Positions 36,915-47,041 of a DNA stretch of 64,000 bases are shown here, piece by piece. The DNA comes from an uncultured SAR86 cluster bacterium (GTDB lineage Bacteria; Pseudomonadota; Gammaproteobacteria; Magnimaribacterales; AG-339-G14), in contig CABZTA010000001.1 of the NCBI GenBank assembly GCA_902528485.1, positions 22,955 to 86,954 of the forward strand, given 5' to 3'. Numbering within the stretch: position 1 is the first letter of the stretch; every line of letters starts with the position of its first letter. The notes beneath the pieces are model-generated. The model searched no databases, was not told the DNA's origin, and was given only the letters and a program-made list of their open reading frames with translations. A program made the translations under genes and the position numbers.

Positions 36915-38743
36915 TAGATCCAGATCCTCCTTGCCTGGTTGTTTCGATAGACCAATGAAACCATAGCCCTAGTACCTAGAATTGAGGTAAACATCGAGGT
37001 AACTATTCCAATGCTCAAAGTTATAGCAAAGCCTTTAATAGGTCCTGTGCCAATGGCATAAAGAATAACCGCAACTATTAAAGTCGTGATATTTGCATCA
37101 AGAATAGTTACGAAAGCTCTGTCATAACCAGCAATAATCGCATCTGTTGCCCTGGAATTATTTTTAAGTTCTTCTCGAATTCTTGAAAAAATTAATACAT
37201 TGGCGTCTACAGCCATACCGACAGTCAAAACAATTCCTGCGATGCCCGGCAAAGTTAAAGTGGCAGATAAGATTGACATGATTGCAGTGATAAGAATCAA
37301 GTTAAAAATTACTGCTATGTTGGCGAATAGTCCAAAGATCTTATAGTAAATAATCATAAATATTAAAACCAAAAAGAGTCCCAAGATTAGTGATTGAACT
37401 CCTAATCTTATGTTTTCAGCTCCAAGACTTGGTCCCACTGTACTTTCTTCCACAAACTCCATAGGAGCTGCTAAAGCACCTGCCCGCAATAATAAAGCTA
37501 ATTCGGATGCCTCATTAGGTGAGTCAAGTCCGGTAATCCTAAATCTATTAGGCAGCGCTGATTGAATTGTTGCCAGACTTATCACTCTTTTTGTGATCAC
37601 AGGTTCGATGATTAAATCTAAAGTTCCGTCAGGGAGAATGACTTCTTTGGCTACTGACTTTCTTTCAATGAAAAGAACAGCCATTTTTCTGCCGACATTA
37701 TTCCTTGTTGACCTATGCATTTTTGCTCCGCCCTCTCCATCAAGAGTGATATTTACTTGTGGAAATCCGCTCTCGTCATAACCAACATTTGCATCAGCTA
37801 CCTTATCTCCTGAAATAATTATATTTTTTTCTAAGTCAACGCTAACACCCCTGAAATCAAAAGCCTCTTTTCTTGACCTTAAGGTACGATTATTTGCTTC
37901 AAGTCTGAATTCTAGGTTGGCGGTTTTACCAATTATTTTTTTTGCTTCGGCAGTATCTTGTATTCCAGGTAATTGAACAGAAATTCTTTTAGCCCCTTCC
38001 CTTTGAACAACGGGTTCAGAAACACCTAACTCATTAACTCTATTCCTTAAAGTTGTTAAATTTTGCTGAACTGCATAATCCTGTATTGATGTAACACCTT
38101 CTCTAGAAAAATTAATTTTAAATGATTCAGATTCCTCATCAATTTCAAAATCTGTTAGGAAACCTCTTAAAAATATTAAAGAGTCTGATTTATCTTCTTC
38201 GGTAGAAAAAAGAAAAGTAACTGATTCTTCGTTGCTTTCAACGGATCTAAAATTTAAAGACTCTTCACGAAGCCTTCTTTTAAAGTCTTCTGCATTAGCT
38301 TCAAGTCTTGTTTCTATAAGCGAATCAGTATCTACTTCTAATAAAAAGTAGATTCCTCCTCTTAAATCTAAACCTAGTTTTAATGGAGTGGCATTCAGAT
38401 TTTGAAGCCAGGCAGGTGTTGAATAAGCTAAATTTAGAGCAACAACATAGTCTGGGCCAAGTTCTTTTCGCAACTCATCCTTCAATTTTATTTGTTCTTC
38501 ATATGAGTTTGTTCTTAAGAGTAATGATTTTTGATTAACTTCAATATTTTCATTCAGAATGCCCTCTCTTTTGGCTATCTTACTTACTGACTGAATTATG
38601 CGACTGTCAAAAGTGTCTCCAGCACTTTGGAGAGAAACTTGAACAGCCGGATCAGGAGGACTTAGATTGGGCAAAGCATAAATAATCCCAAATAGAAATA
38701 CTCCTAAAACAAGGATATATTTCCAAAGAGAGAAATTAGTCAA
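36914..38743 (-). CDS. secD: protein translocase subunit SecD
   Basis: 609 aa with LGLDLRGG, a large periplasmic domain and a C-terminal 6-TM core. Confidence 0.9.
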   Translation of the reverse strand: MTNFSLWKYILVLGVFLFGIIYALPNLSPPDPAVQVSLQSAGDTFDSRIIQSVSKIAKREGILNENIEVNQKSLLLRTNSYEEQIKLKDELRKELGPDYVVALNLAYSTPAWLQNLNATPLKLGLDLRGGIYFLLEVDTDSLIETRLEANAEDFKRRLREESLNFRSVESNEESVTFLFSTEEDKSDSLIFLRGFLTDFEIDEESESFKINFSREGVTSIQDYAVQQNLTTLRNRVNELGVSEPVVQREGAKRISVQLPGIQDTAEAKKIIGKTANLEFRLEANNRTLRSRKEAFDFRGVSVDLEKNIIISGDKVADANVGYDESGFPQVNITLDGEGGAKMHRSTRNNVGRKMAVLFIERKSVAKEVILPDGTLDLIIEPVITKRVISLATIQSALPNRFRITGLDSPNEASELALLLRAGALAAPMEFVEESTVGPSLGAENIRLGVQSLILGLFLVLIFMIIYYKIFGLFANIAVIFNLILITAIMSILSATLTLPGIAGIVLTVGMAVDANVLIFSRIREELKNNSRATDAIIAGYDRAFVTILDANITTLIVAVILYAIGTGPIKGFAITLSIGIVTSMFTSILGTRAMVSLVYRNNQARRIWI

Positions 38744-38745
38744 TT

Positions 38746-39066
38746 TTATTCAAATAGTGATTTTACGGTTCCTTTTGGAAGAACGCTGTTAATTTGTTGG
38801 CGTTGGATAACTATTTCTTGATTGTTTCCAGTTCTGGCAATCACGTATGTATCTGACAGCTTTACTAAAGTGCAAACAATACCTCCAGAGGTAATAACTT
38901 CATCTCCAATATCTAGATTATTTACTAATTCTTGATGAGCCTTCAGCCTTTTATTTTGCGGTCTGATGAGCAAAAAGTATAACAACAATATGAAACCAAA
39001 AATCATTATAAGTTGCGTTCCAAAAAAACCTGATGTTTGGGCAGTTATTATTTGTACTTCTTTCAT
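38746..39066 (-). CDS. yajC: preprotein translocase subunit YajC
   Basis: 106 aa with IRPQNKRLKAHQELVNNLDIGDEVITSGGI, the YajC signature. Confidence 0.85.
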   Translation of the reverse strand: MKEVQIITAQTSGFFGTQLIMIFGFILLLYFLLIRPQNKRLKAHQELVNNLDIGDEVITSGGIVCTLVKLSDTYVIARTGNNQEIVIQRQQINSVLPKGTVKSLFE

Positions 39067-39079
39067 AATTCCTCACTTT

Positions 39080-39165
39080 TGGTGCCGGAGGAGAGACTCG
39101 AACTCTCACGCCTTGTGGGCACTCGATTTTGAATCGAACGCGTCTACCAATTCCGCCACTCCGGC
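39080..39165 (-). tRNA. tRNA-Leu (CAA)
   Basis: Reverse complement: GCCGGAG...CTCCGGC acceptor, anticodon loop TTCAAAA, long variable arm, T arm GAGAG-TTCGAGT-CTCTC. CCA is encoded. Confidence 0.92.
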
Positions 39166-39218
39166 AAATGATGTAAAATTCGATCGAAATCTAAAATTTA
39201 CTTAGCGGATTCTATCTA

Positions 39219-41657
39219 ATGGCGAATATTAACATCTTTAATGGATTTCTTAAGGCATTCATTCGCGCAGAAGCTGAATTTGAGAATGACAATATTCCAG
39301 AATTACTCAAGGGTGAGTTCATTTTTGCATTATCTAACGACTCTTCTACGAACCTTGCAGCAGTAGATAAAATCTGCAAAAAAATGGGCTTTATAAGACC
39401 CAGTAATAGAAGTGCTATTTCTCCTATCAATAGAAACTATTTTCAGTTGAAAGAACCTAAACAACTTCTCCCCTGGGCAAGATCAAAAAGAAAACACTCC
39501 GATGATCTTTATGAAATAAGTAAATATCCGGATATTTCTAAAAAATTAAAAATAATTCCGGTAGATGTTTACTGGGGAAAAGGTGCCGAAAGCCAAGATA
39601 ACCTCATGAAAAAATTATTTTCTGAATCTTGGGAAGGCACATCAATTATCAAAAGATACCTACGATTACTTATCAACGGTAGACAGGTAAAAGTTAGATT
39701 TTTAAATGCATTGGAGATGGAAGATATTTTCGAAGATAGAGAGTCTGCAGAGAAAATTCTACTAAAAACAGAAAGATTACTTAGAGGTCGTTTTAGAAAA
39801 AATAAGCAAGCTATTCTCGGATTGGATGTTTCTCATAGGAGAAACTGGATAAAAACTTTAGTGAATTCAAAAGAAATTAATAAATACATTGAATCGGAGG
39901 CTGGAAGTAATAAGAGAAAAGTCATGCTTCTCAAAAAAAGAGCAATAAAATATGCAGAAGAGATTTGCTCAGACGTCTCCTATACAGTGGTAGGTTCTTT
40001 ATACGATGCAGCTTTATCCTGGCTTTGGAACAACAGATACGAAGAGCTTAAATTCATAGGGTTAGAAAAAGTTAAAAATCTAGCAGTCGATAATTCTTTG
40101 ATTTTTACTCCCTGCCATAGAAGTCATGTTGATTATCTAGCTCTTTCTTACATCCTTTATAAAAATGACTTAATGCTGCCTCAAATAGCAGCTGGAATTA
40201 ATTTAAATTTACCTTTTCTGGGCCGAATCCTCAGAAACGGCGGTGCTTTCTTCATGAGAAGATCTTTTAGTGAGAATAGGCTTTATTCAATTGTATTTTT
40301 TGAACACCTAAAGAAACTTTTAATTAGAGGTAATTCAATCGAGTTTTTTCCTGAGGGTACAAGAAGCAGATCAGGCAAGCTTCTTCCACCAAGACCCGGT
40401 CTTCTTTCCATGTTGATCAGATCTTTTAAGAGCAGAACAGAAAAACCTGTGAAATTTATTCCAGTAAATATTAATTATGAGAAAGTGCTGGAGGGAAATT
40501 CATATTTATCCGAGCTCATGGGTGGAAAAAAAAGAAAAGAAAGAATTTCAGATATCTTCAGAGTTGCCAGTGATTTTAGAGGTTTTCTAGGCAATGCCTA
40601 TTTGCAATTTGGAGACCCTATTGATTTGAAAGATTTTCTTGATGCCCAAGATCCAGATTGGGAAAGCAAGGATTCTCAAACTAACGCCACATCGTCAGAC
40701 GATACAAACTGGCTATTTAATGCGACACCAAAACTTGGTGAAAAAATCATGATGAACATAAACGAAAGTACTGTAGTGACTTCCTCAAGTTTGGTTGCTG
40801 TAGCTCTTTTAAATTCAAATAATCATAGTCTTCCAAAAGATAAACTCGAGAATCGCATTGATCTGTATATTTCTTTGATGAATTCTTCTCGATATTCCAA
40901 CAAAACAGTCCTCCCAACTCAATCAAGTAAAAAATTACTTGAACAAGTAAATGCGTTGAAACTAATTCCAAAGCTAGATGACGGCGATAAATCTCTTGTT
41001 AAATTAAATAAAGCGCAGGGGGCAATGATGAGTTTCTACAGAAATACCATTCTACACTTGCTGACATTAGAATCTTTCATTTGTGGTATTTTCCAGGCCA
41101 GAGAAAAAGTTTCGAAAGATGAAATCATAGAGATCATAGAAATGCTCTATCCATATTTAAAAGGAGAACTATTCTTAAAATGGACTAACGTTGAGCTAAA
41201 ACATGAAATTGATAAGCGTTTAGACTCTTTAGTAGTCCTTAAATTATTGTCTAAAGATGGAGATCTTTACAAGAGACCTCCTTTTGACTCGCCTTATTAT
41301 CTAGAAACAAAATCTCTTGGAAGAATGATCCAACCAACAATAGATAGGTTTTATATTCTTATGCTGCAACTCTGGAAAAATGAAAACGATCATGTCTCTA
41401 AGAATCAATTGGAAATATCTTGCAAAGAAATAGCAACAAACCTTCAAGCTAAGTACGACTGGATGGCACCTGAATTTTCAGACAGATGGACTTTCATGCA
41501 ATTTTTATCAAAGCTAATTGAACAACGCTTCGTTAGAGAAGATGAGCAAGGACTAATTTATGCCTCAAGAATTACGAAAAAAATGCAAGTTGCTGCGTCG
41601 AAATTCATAATGCCAGATTGGCGCGAAGAGCTTAATCAAACTTCCTACAACTCTTGA
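39219..41657 (+). CDS. plsB: glycerol-3-phosphate 1-O-acyltransferase
   Basis: 812 aa with HRSHVDYL (HxxxxD) acyltransferase motif, FFPEGTRSRSGK, and PlsB-like length. Confidence 0.9.
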   Translation: MANINIFNGFLKAFIRAEAEFENDNIPELLKGEFIFALSNDSSTNLAAVDKICKKMGFIRPSNRSAISPINRNYFQLKEPKQLLPWARSKRKHSDDLYEISKYPDISKKLKIIPVDVYWGKGAESQDNLMKKLFSESWEGTSIIKRYLRLLINGRQVKVRFLNALEMEDIFEDRESAEKILLKTERLLRGRFRKNKQAILGLDVSHRRNWIKTLVNSKEINKYIESEAGSNKRKVMLLKKRAIKYAEEICSDVSYTVVGSLYDAALSWLWNNRYEELKFIGLEKVKNLAVDNSLIFTPCHRSHVDYLALSYILYKNDLMLPQIAAGINLNLPFLGRILRNGGAFFMRRSFSENRLYSIVFFEHLKKLLIRGNSIEFFPEGTRSRSGKLLPPRPGLLSMLIRSFKSRTEKPVKFIPVNINYEKVLEGNSYLSELMGGKKRKERISDIFRVASDFRGFLGNAYLQFGDPIDLKDFLDAQDPDWESKDSQTNATSSDDTNWLFNATPKLGEKIMMNINESTVVTSSSLVAVALLNSNNHSLPKDKLENRIDLYISLMNSSRYSNKTVLPTQSSKKLLEQVNALKLIPKLDDGDKSLVKLNKAQGAMMSFYRNTILHLLTLESFICGIFQAREKVSKDEIIEIIEMLYPYLKGELFLKWTNVELKHEIDKRLDSLVVLKLLSKDGDLYKRPPFDSPYYLETKSLGRMIQPTIDRFYILMLQLWKNENDHVSKNQLEISCKEIATNLQAKYDWMAPEFSDRWTFMQFLSKLIEQRFVREDEQGLIYASRITKKMQVAASKFIMPDWREELNQTSYNS

Positions 41658-41680
41658 AATTTCCCATTTTATCTCCATAA
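41653..41680 (+). promoter_or_regulatory. sigma32 (RpoH) heat-shock promoter for ibpA
   Basis: CTTGAAA (41653-41659), a 13-nt spacer, then CTCCATAA (41673-41680), compared with the consensus CTTGAAA-N13/14-CCCCATnT. The -35 overlaps the plsB stop codon. Confidence 0.5.
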
Positions 41681-41753
41681 ATATAGTGAGATAGATTGCT
41701 TTATGGGTCTATCCTTTGGAGGTACGCTCTTTAGAGGTGCCAATTAAATTTAA

Positions 41754-41771
41754 CTTGCTTTATACAAGGAG
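41754..41771 (+). promoter_or_regulatory. ROSE-like RNA thermometer hairpin masking the ibpA Shine-Dalgarno
   Basis: cTTGCTT-tatac-AAGGAG: the UUGCU element opposes AGGAG 7 nt before the ATG, as in ROSE elements of ibpA/hsp20 genes. Additional small hairpins and a second TTGCTTTAT copy lie upstream. Confidence 0.4.
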
Positions 41772-41777
41772 TAAATT

Positions 41778-42239
41778 ATGACTAATAGAAGTTTATTGGA
41801 TCTTTCCGATCCTTTCTTTTCATCAAGATGGTTGGGTTTTGAAAACCTTTTCGATTCACTAAGAACTTTCAGCGAATTACCTGATACTAGATCTTCAAGC
41901 TATCCTCCCTACAACCTAAGAAAGGATGGTAACGATTACACGATTGAAGTTGCTGTTGCCGGTCTTGGTGATAAAGATATTGAAGTTGAAACAAAAGATA
42001 ATGTTTTATCCATTAAGCACGACAACCAAAAAAACGATAAAAGTAATGTTGTGCATAGAGGAATAGCAGCAAGATCTTTCCTGCTTCAGTTCACTTTATC
42101 TCCAGAAATTCTTGTGAAAGGTGCTGATTTAAATAATGGTCTTTTATCCATTAACATGGAAAGAATTATCCCTGAATCAGAGAAGCCTAAGAAGATTGAG
42201 ATAAATTCTGAAAAATTTATCAACGGCGAAACAGCTTAA
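41778..42239 (+). CDS. ibpA: small heat-shock protein (Hsp20/alpha-crystallin, IbpA-like)
   Basis: 153 aa. YPPYNLRKDGNDYTIEVAVAGLGDKDIEVE is the typical IbpA alpha-crystallin core. Confidence 0.85.
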   Translation: MTNRSLLDLSDPFFSSRWLGFENLFDSLRTFSELPDTRSSSYPPYNLRKDGNDYTIEVAVAGLGDKDIEVETKDNVLSIKHDNQKNDKSNVVHRGIAARSFLLQFTLSPEILVKGADLNNGLLSINMERIIPESEKPKKIEINSEKFINGETA

Positions 42240-42253
42240 AAGTTATTTTCCGC

Positions 42254-42285
42254 AAAGAGGCTGCTTTTGCAGCCTCTTTTATTTT
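42254..42285. terminator. bidirectional rho-independent terminator
   Basis: AAAGAGGCTGC-tttt-GCAGCCTCTTT followed by a T run, between convergent ibpA and rsmJ. Confidence 0.7.
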
Positions 42286-42986
42286 TGATAGACGTCAAAA
42301 GCAACTGACTTTCCTGTAACAGAAAAAGTGATAAATTTTTGAAAAATCGATTTTTGTTTTTTGTGTCTTTTATAGATTAATCTCTCCGAACAACAGTCTA
42401 GAAATTGTTCAATATAGTCTTGGGAATTTTTATTTGATGCTATTGATCTTAGAAGTTCCATGGGTTGTTTTGCAGTCGCCTTTTTCTTAAGATCAAATAC
42501 CGGATCAAAATAAATAACGTGCGGCCTCATTATTTCCGCTAATTTAAGAGAGTCACCATTCTGGAGGTCAATATTTTCTAATACAGAGTCTCCTAATCTT
42601 GCTATATCTAGCTCTTTTTTCATGACTTCATGCAGCCATGAGATCTTCTCTACTGCGGTAACTTTGAATCCCATATTAGCAATATGAACAGAATCATTTA
42701 ATAAGCCGGCCGTAGAGTCAAATACTTGTAAGTTCTTATCAAGGGAAAGGAAACATTTTGAAAAATTAGATTTAAAAATTTTATCAATATTCATAGGCTT
42801 AAGATCTAAAGAAAAAAAATGTGCTTTTTTTCTTCTGAGATCTTTGAATAGAAATTGTTCATTTCTCTCAGTAACTAAATATTTTAGTTTCGGTGAACTT
42901 ATATCCGATACTGCAGGTATGTGATGCCTAGCAGCAAATTCTCTTAGTTTTAAATTATCGTCAAACTTATCAATTATTAAATCCAC
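42279..42986 (-). CDS. rsmJ: 16S rRNA (guanine1516-N2)-methyltransferase RsmJ-like SAM methyltransferase
   Basis: 235 aa. VFDSTAGLLNDS, VIYFDPVFD and AFDVY align by eye with E. coli RsmJ DATAGLGRD, VVYLDPMFP and RFDIY. Confidence 0.65.
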   Translation of the reverse strand: MDLIIDKFDDNLKLREFAARHHIPAVSDISSPKLKYLVTERNEQFLFKDLRRKKAHFFSLDLKPMNIDKIFKSNFSKCFLSLDKNLQVFDSTAGLLNDSVHIANMGFKVTAVEKISWLHEVMKKELDIARLGDSVLENIDLQNGDSLKLAEIMRPHVIYFDPVFDLKKKATAKQPMELLRSIASNKNSQDYIEQFLDCCSERLIYKRHKKQKSIFQKFITFSVTGKSVAFDVYQK

Positions 42987-43762
42987 AGGATTCCAACTAA
43001 TATGATCGATAGGATGATTCTGTATAGCACAAAGGGAGTGAATCCTATTCTTTGTATAAAAGATAAAAATAAATTAATGCATAAAAGCGATGTAACAAAA
43101 GAAATTAATCCTCCAAAAATTAAAATTGACCAGTCAACAGTTTCTTCTGATTGAATTGCATCTATTGAGCTTCCCAATAAGACTGCCGATAAAGTAGGAA
43201 TAGATAAAAGAAAAGAGAATCTGGCGGCATCTTCCCTGCTATAACTTAATATTAAAGCTCCAATCATAGTGATGGCCGATCTTGAGACTCCTGGCATGAG
43301 AGCAAAAATTTGAAACATTCCAACGATAAAAGAATCTTTTAGACCAATGGATTCGATTGAATTTGTTTTTTTACCGTATTTATCTGCAATGAATAAGAAA
43401 ATTGCAAATAAAAAAGTGGTGAGGATTAGGAATTCTAATGAACGAAAATTCTCTTTAATGAAATCCTCTCCTAAGAAGCCAGCTAATGCAACAGGCAATG
43501 TTGCTATTATTAAACACAATAATAAATTTTGTTTATATGGGGAAAATGCTCTCTGAATCAATGTACTGACTTCCTTTTTAAAGGCATAAATTATCGCTAA
43601 AAGGCTTCCACCATGAACATATATATCAAAAAGGATTCCTTGATCCTGCCAACCAAAAAACTTTGAAGTAAGAATTAAATGAGCAGAGCTACTTATAGGA
43701 AGAAATTCGGTTACTCCCTGAACTATTGATAAAACGACAATTTGAATTAAATCCATTTGCAA
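42977..43762 (-). CDS. uppP: undecaprenyl-diphosphate phosphatase
   Basis: 261 aa, 8 TM, with QGVTEFLPISSSAHL and PGVSRSA motifs. Confidence 0.9.
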   Translation of the reverse strand: MQMDLIQIVVLSIVQGVTEFLPISSSAHLILTSKFFGWQDQGILFDIYVHGGSLLAIIYAFKKEVSTLIQRAFSPYKQNLLLCLIIATLPVALAGFLGEDFIKENFRSLEFLILTTFLFAIFLFIADKYGKKTNSIESIGLKDSFIVGMFQIFALMPGVSRSAITMIGALILSYSREDAARFSFLLSIPTLSAVLLGSSIDAIQSEETVDWSILIFGGLISFVTSLLCINLFLSFIQRIGFTPFVLYRIILSIILVGILWI

Positions 43763-44419
43763 CTATTTCCAGTGATCCTTATTGGATAAGTAATTTGGAA
43801 CTATAAAGCTATCGCCCTGTACAGAAGCAATATCATCCGTGTTGCTAAATTCGAACATACTTTTTGCGTTAGGCTGCATAAAAGAAAAATTATTGCTTTT
43901 AAGAATATTCATCATGTCTGCATTTTGGGAGGAAGTAATCAAATGGTAATCTTCATGATCATTTAAGAAAGTTGCAAGCTGATGATTATGCAAAATAAAT
44001 TCCACTGTTTTGTTGTCTGAAAGACTTTCTTTGTCATCAAATTTTGAGACACCAAATTCTCCCATCCCTAAACTAATTAGACTGACTACTTTTCCTTGTA
44101 CTTCATTTTGATAAGCTGTTGAAGCAAGTACTCTGAGGCTAGAAACTCCGAAACATTTAATTCCATGAATTAAATTAAAAGATTGAGCAACACCGCACCC
44201 GATTCTCAAGCCAGTGAATGATCCTGGGCCATAACTTATTAAAATTCTATCTATTTGTTTCAAAGATAACTGAGATTTCTCCAAAAGCTCATCGATAAAT
44301 GCAAGGATAACTTTTCCATGCTGACTTTTATTCTTATCCACTTTGAAGAATATTTGTCCATTTTTGAACAAAGCAATTGAGCAAAACATTGCAGATGTTT
44401 CAATTGCAAGAACGTTCAC
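43763..44419 (-). CDS. tsaB: tRNA t6A37 biosynthesis protein TsaB (YeaZ)
   Basis: 218 aa with [14 protein letters not shown] and [11 protein letters not shown] motifs. Confidence 0.8.
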   Translation of the reverse strand: MNVLAIETSAMFCSIALFKNGQIFFKVDKNKSQHGKVILAFIDELLEKSQLSLKQIDRILISYGPGSFTGLRIGCGVAQSFNLIHGIKCFGVSSLRVLASTAYQNEVQGKVVSLISLGMGEFGVSKFDDKESLSDNKTVEFILHNHQLATFLNDHEDYHLITSSQNADMMNILKSNNFSFMQPNAKSMFEFSNTDDIASVQGDSFIVPNYLSNKDHWK

Positions 44420-45066
44420 TTATTTCTAAAGAAGTTAAGAATAAACTGACTGATTGATTCAACACTTCCAGAACCATCAACTGTCAGATAATCAAGTTCA
44501 TTATTTATCTGCTTAGCTTTATAAAAACTTATTAAAGGCTCAGTCTGATTTCTGTAGACAATCAATCTCTCTTCAACTACCTCTCTTTTATCGTCGTCTC
44601 TTTGGATTAACTCTTCCCCAGTTAAGTCATCGAAACCTTCCTTTTTTGGGGGATTAAATTTAAGGTGATAGTTCCTACCAGACGATATATGAACTCTTCT
44701 TCCAGACATTCTTTCAATAATATTTTCATCGTCTAGCTGAATTTCAATGATTAAATCAATTCCTACATTGGCATCATCTAGGGCTTGAGCCTGAGGAATC
44801 GTCCTCGGAAAACCATCAAATAAAACTCCATTTGAACAGTCAGGTCTTTTTAATCTTTCTACCACTAATCCTACAATTATGTCATCAGAAACTAGCGCTC
44901 CTTTATCCATGACCTTTTTAGCCTCAATTCCCAAAGGCGACCCCTCTTCAATGGCCTCTCTAAGCATATTTCCGGTTGAGATATGAGGTATGTTAAGAGC
45001 TTGTATTATGTCTTCAGCTTGAGTACCTTTTCCTGCTCCAGGTGGCCCAAGTAAAATAATTCTCAT
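44416..45066 (-). CDS. adk: adenylate kinase
   Basis: 216 aa with [18 protein letters not shown]-loop and GFPRT. Confidence 0.93.
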   Translation of the reverse strand: MRIILLGPPGAGKGTQAEDIIQALNIPHISTGNMLREAIEEGSPLGIEAKKVMDKGALVSDDIIVGLVVERLKRPDCSNGVLFDGFPRTIPQAQALDDANVGIDLIIEIQLDDENIIERMSGRRVHISSGRNYHLKFNPPKKEGFDDLTGEELIQRDDDKREVVEERLIVYRNQTEPLISFYKAKQINNELDYLTVDGSGSVESISQFILNFFRNK

Positions 45067-45479
45067 TAGGCATCCTCTCTTATGGCATGAGCAACGGCAA
45101 CTGCAAGAGAATCCGTGTCGCTTAAGCTTATTGATATTTCTGTTAATTTTATTTTTTTAGCTATATCTTTTGCTTTCCCTTTAAGTTCTACTTCTGGACC
45201 ACCGTAACGTCTATGAATAATAATATCTCTAGGACGAACTCCGTTTGTAAAACCATAACCTAAAACTTTTGAAACGGCTTCCTTTCCAGCAAAATTTTTA
45301 GCAAGATACCTTGCACCGTTGTAACCTTTTCTTTTTGAGAAAATATCAATTTCACTTTCATCATAAAGTCTTGTTAACATTCGCATTCCAAATTTTTCAT
45401 ATGATTTTTCTAATCTTTTGATCTCGATGAGATCAATACCACTTCTCAGCTTTTTGTTAATTGAAATATTTTCTTGCAT
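45066..45479 (-). CDS. acpS: holo-[acyl-carrier-protein] synthase
   Basis: 137 aa with [19 protein letters not shown], and [12 protein letters not shown]. Confidence 0.85.
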   Translation of the reverse strand: MQENISINKKLRSGIDLIEIKRLEKSYEKFGMRMLTRLYDESEIDIFSKRKGYNGARYLAKNFAGKEAVSKVLGYGFTNGVRPRDIIIHRRYGGPEVELKGKAKDIAKKIKLTEISISLSDTDSLAVAVAHAIREDA

Positions 45480-46149
45480 TCAGCTCTTTACCCAAGATCG
45501 CTTCTAATGATTCTCTAAAAATAGATTTTATTACTTTCTTGGTCATATTATTTGAAAACTTTCCAGACATAAAATCTAACAAATGCCGCCCTTTAAAAGA
45601 TGTCTCCATGTCTCCTTTATCTGATGAATATATTCCCCTTAATGGACTGAATAGATAATCCTGATTTGGTTCAATTGAGCTTCCGGAATCATTTTTAGTC
45701 AAATCAAATCCATAACCTAAATCTGTTATTAATCTATATTCAAAATTTCTTAAAGATAGCTCTAAGACCTCATCATCGTTATCTAAAGTCATAAGGCTCA
45801 TTAATTCATCATAGTCTTTAAATACGACAGGAATATCATGTTCTTTTTCAAAAATTTTTAAAATTAATTCATTGAGGTAAATAAGAACCTTTAAATTTTT
45901 AGGAGATATCGGAATTTGTTTATTTATTTCACATTCGTAGATCGTTTTGAGAGCATTCTTATCTGAATAATTAATATAAAGTTCAGAACCAGGCGATAAA
46001 ATATTGGTGAATTTACTCCCTTTTCGCTTGGCTCCTTTAAGTAAGGCATTGAAAATTCCAAAATCCTTTGTCAGAAAACTTGCTATAACACTTGTCTCTG
46101 AGTAATCTCTTGCGTGCAGAAGAAAGGCTAGACTATTTCTAGTTTTCAT
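45457..46149 (-). CDS. recO: DNA repair protein RecO
   Basis: 230 aa. AFLLHARDYSETS is a RecO-type OB-fold N-terminus, and the position after era is conserved. Confidence 0.8.
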   Translation of the reverse strand: MKTRNSLAFLLHARDYSETSVIASFLTKDFGIFNALLKGAKRKGSKFTNILSPGSELYINYSDKNALKTIYECEINKQIPISPKNLKVLIYLNELILKIFEKEHDIPVVFKDYDELMSLMTLDNDDEVLELSLRNFEYRLITDLGYGFDLTKNDSGSSIEPNQDYLFSPLRGIYSSDKGDMETSFKGRHLLDFMSGKFSNNMTKKVIKSIFRESLEAILGKELNARKYFN

Positions 46150-47041
46150 ATTTTTTTAGATCATAGCCAAGTTGAGAGATCCAGTTAACATCATCGGTCC
46201 ATTTTTTTTTGACTTTCACCCACAATTCTAAAAATACTTTTTTATCGTACTCAAATTGAATTTCTTTTCTTGCAGCTGTTCCAATGGATTTCATCATATC
46301 TCCTTTTTTACCTAGCAATATAGGTTTATGAGACTTGCTATCAACGTAAATGGTTGCAGAAATACTGAGTAATTTCTTATCTTCCTTTAGGGCATCTATG
46401 ATTATGCTGATGCTGTAAGGTAATTCATCGCCTAGCCTATTTATAGCCTTTTCTCTGACTATCTCTGAGATAAAAAATTCCCTGGATAAATCTGTTACAA
46501 AATCCTCTTCGTAATGTGGTTGGCCGGGAGGAAGATAATTATTAATTACTTCATATAGCTCTTTTGGGGTATTTTTATTTTTTAGTGCTGAAATAGGGAT
46601 GATCTCATCAAAATCAAACTTATCTTTAAATTTTTCTATTGTTGGTAATAAATCTTCCTTGTCCTTTATCCTATCTATTTTGTTTATTAACAGAATTACG
46701 GGAATTTTAGATCCTCTTAATTGCTTGATGATTCTTTCTTCTTCCTCGCCCCATCTATCCCGATCGACAATGAATAATATGAGGTCAACATTCTTCAAAG
46801 CATGCATTGCCACCTGGTTCATGTATTTATTTAAAGCTTTTTTATGCCCAGTATGAACTCCGGGTGTATCAAGAAATATTGCCTGCATATCTTCATGATT
46901 CCATGCTCCTAGAATTCTGTTTCTTGTTGTTTGAGGCTTCCTGGATGTAATTGCTAACTTTCTTTCCAATATTTTATTGAGCAAGGTAGATTTGCCAACA
47001 TTAGTTTTTCCAACTATTGATATAAATCCAAACTTAGTCAT
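46139..47041 (-). CDS. era: GTPase Era
   Basis: 300 aa with GKTNVGKST, DTPG, NKID, and a C-terminal KH domain. Confidence 0.93.
   Translation of the reverse strand: MTKFGFISIVGKTNVGKSTLLNKILERKLAITSRKPQTTRNRILGAWNHEDMQAIFLDTPGVHTGHKKALNKYMNQVAMHALKNVDLILFIVDRDRWGEEEERIIKQLRGSKIPVILLINKIDRIKDKEDLLPTIEKFKDKFDFDEIIPISALKNKNTPKELYEVINNYLPPGQPHYEEDFVTDLSREFFISEIVREKAINRLGDELPYSISIIIDALKEDKKLLSISATIYVDSKSHKPILLGKKGDMMKSIGTAARKEIQFEYDKKVFLELWVKVKKKWTDDVNWISQLGYDLKKYEN

Noticed and set aside
38966-39205. 79-aa plus-strand ORF
   Set aside because: It overlaps the yajC start and runs through the tRNA-Leu(CAA) gene. It is an artefact.
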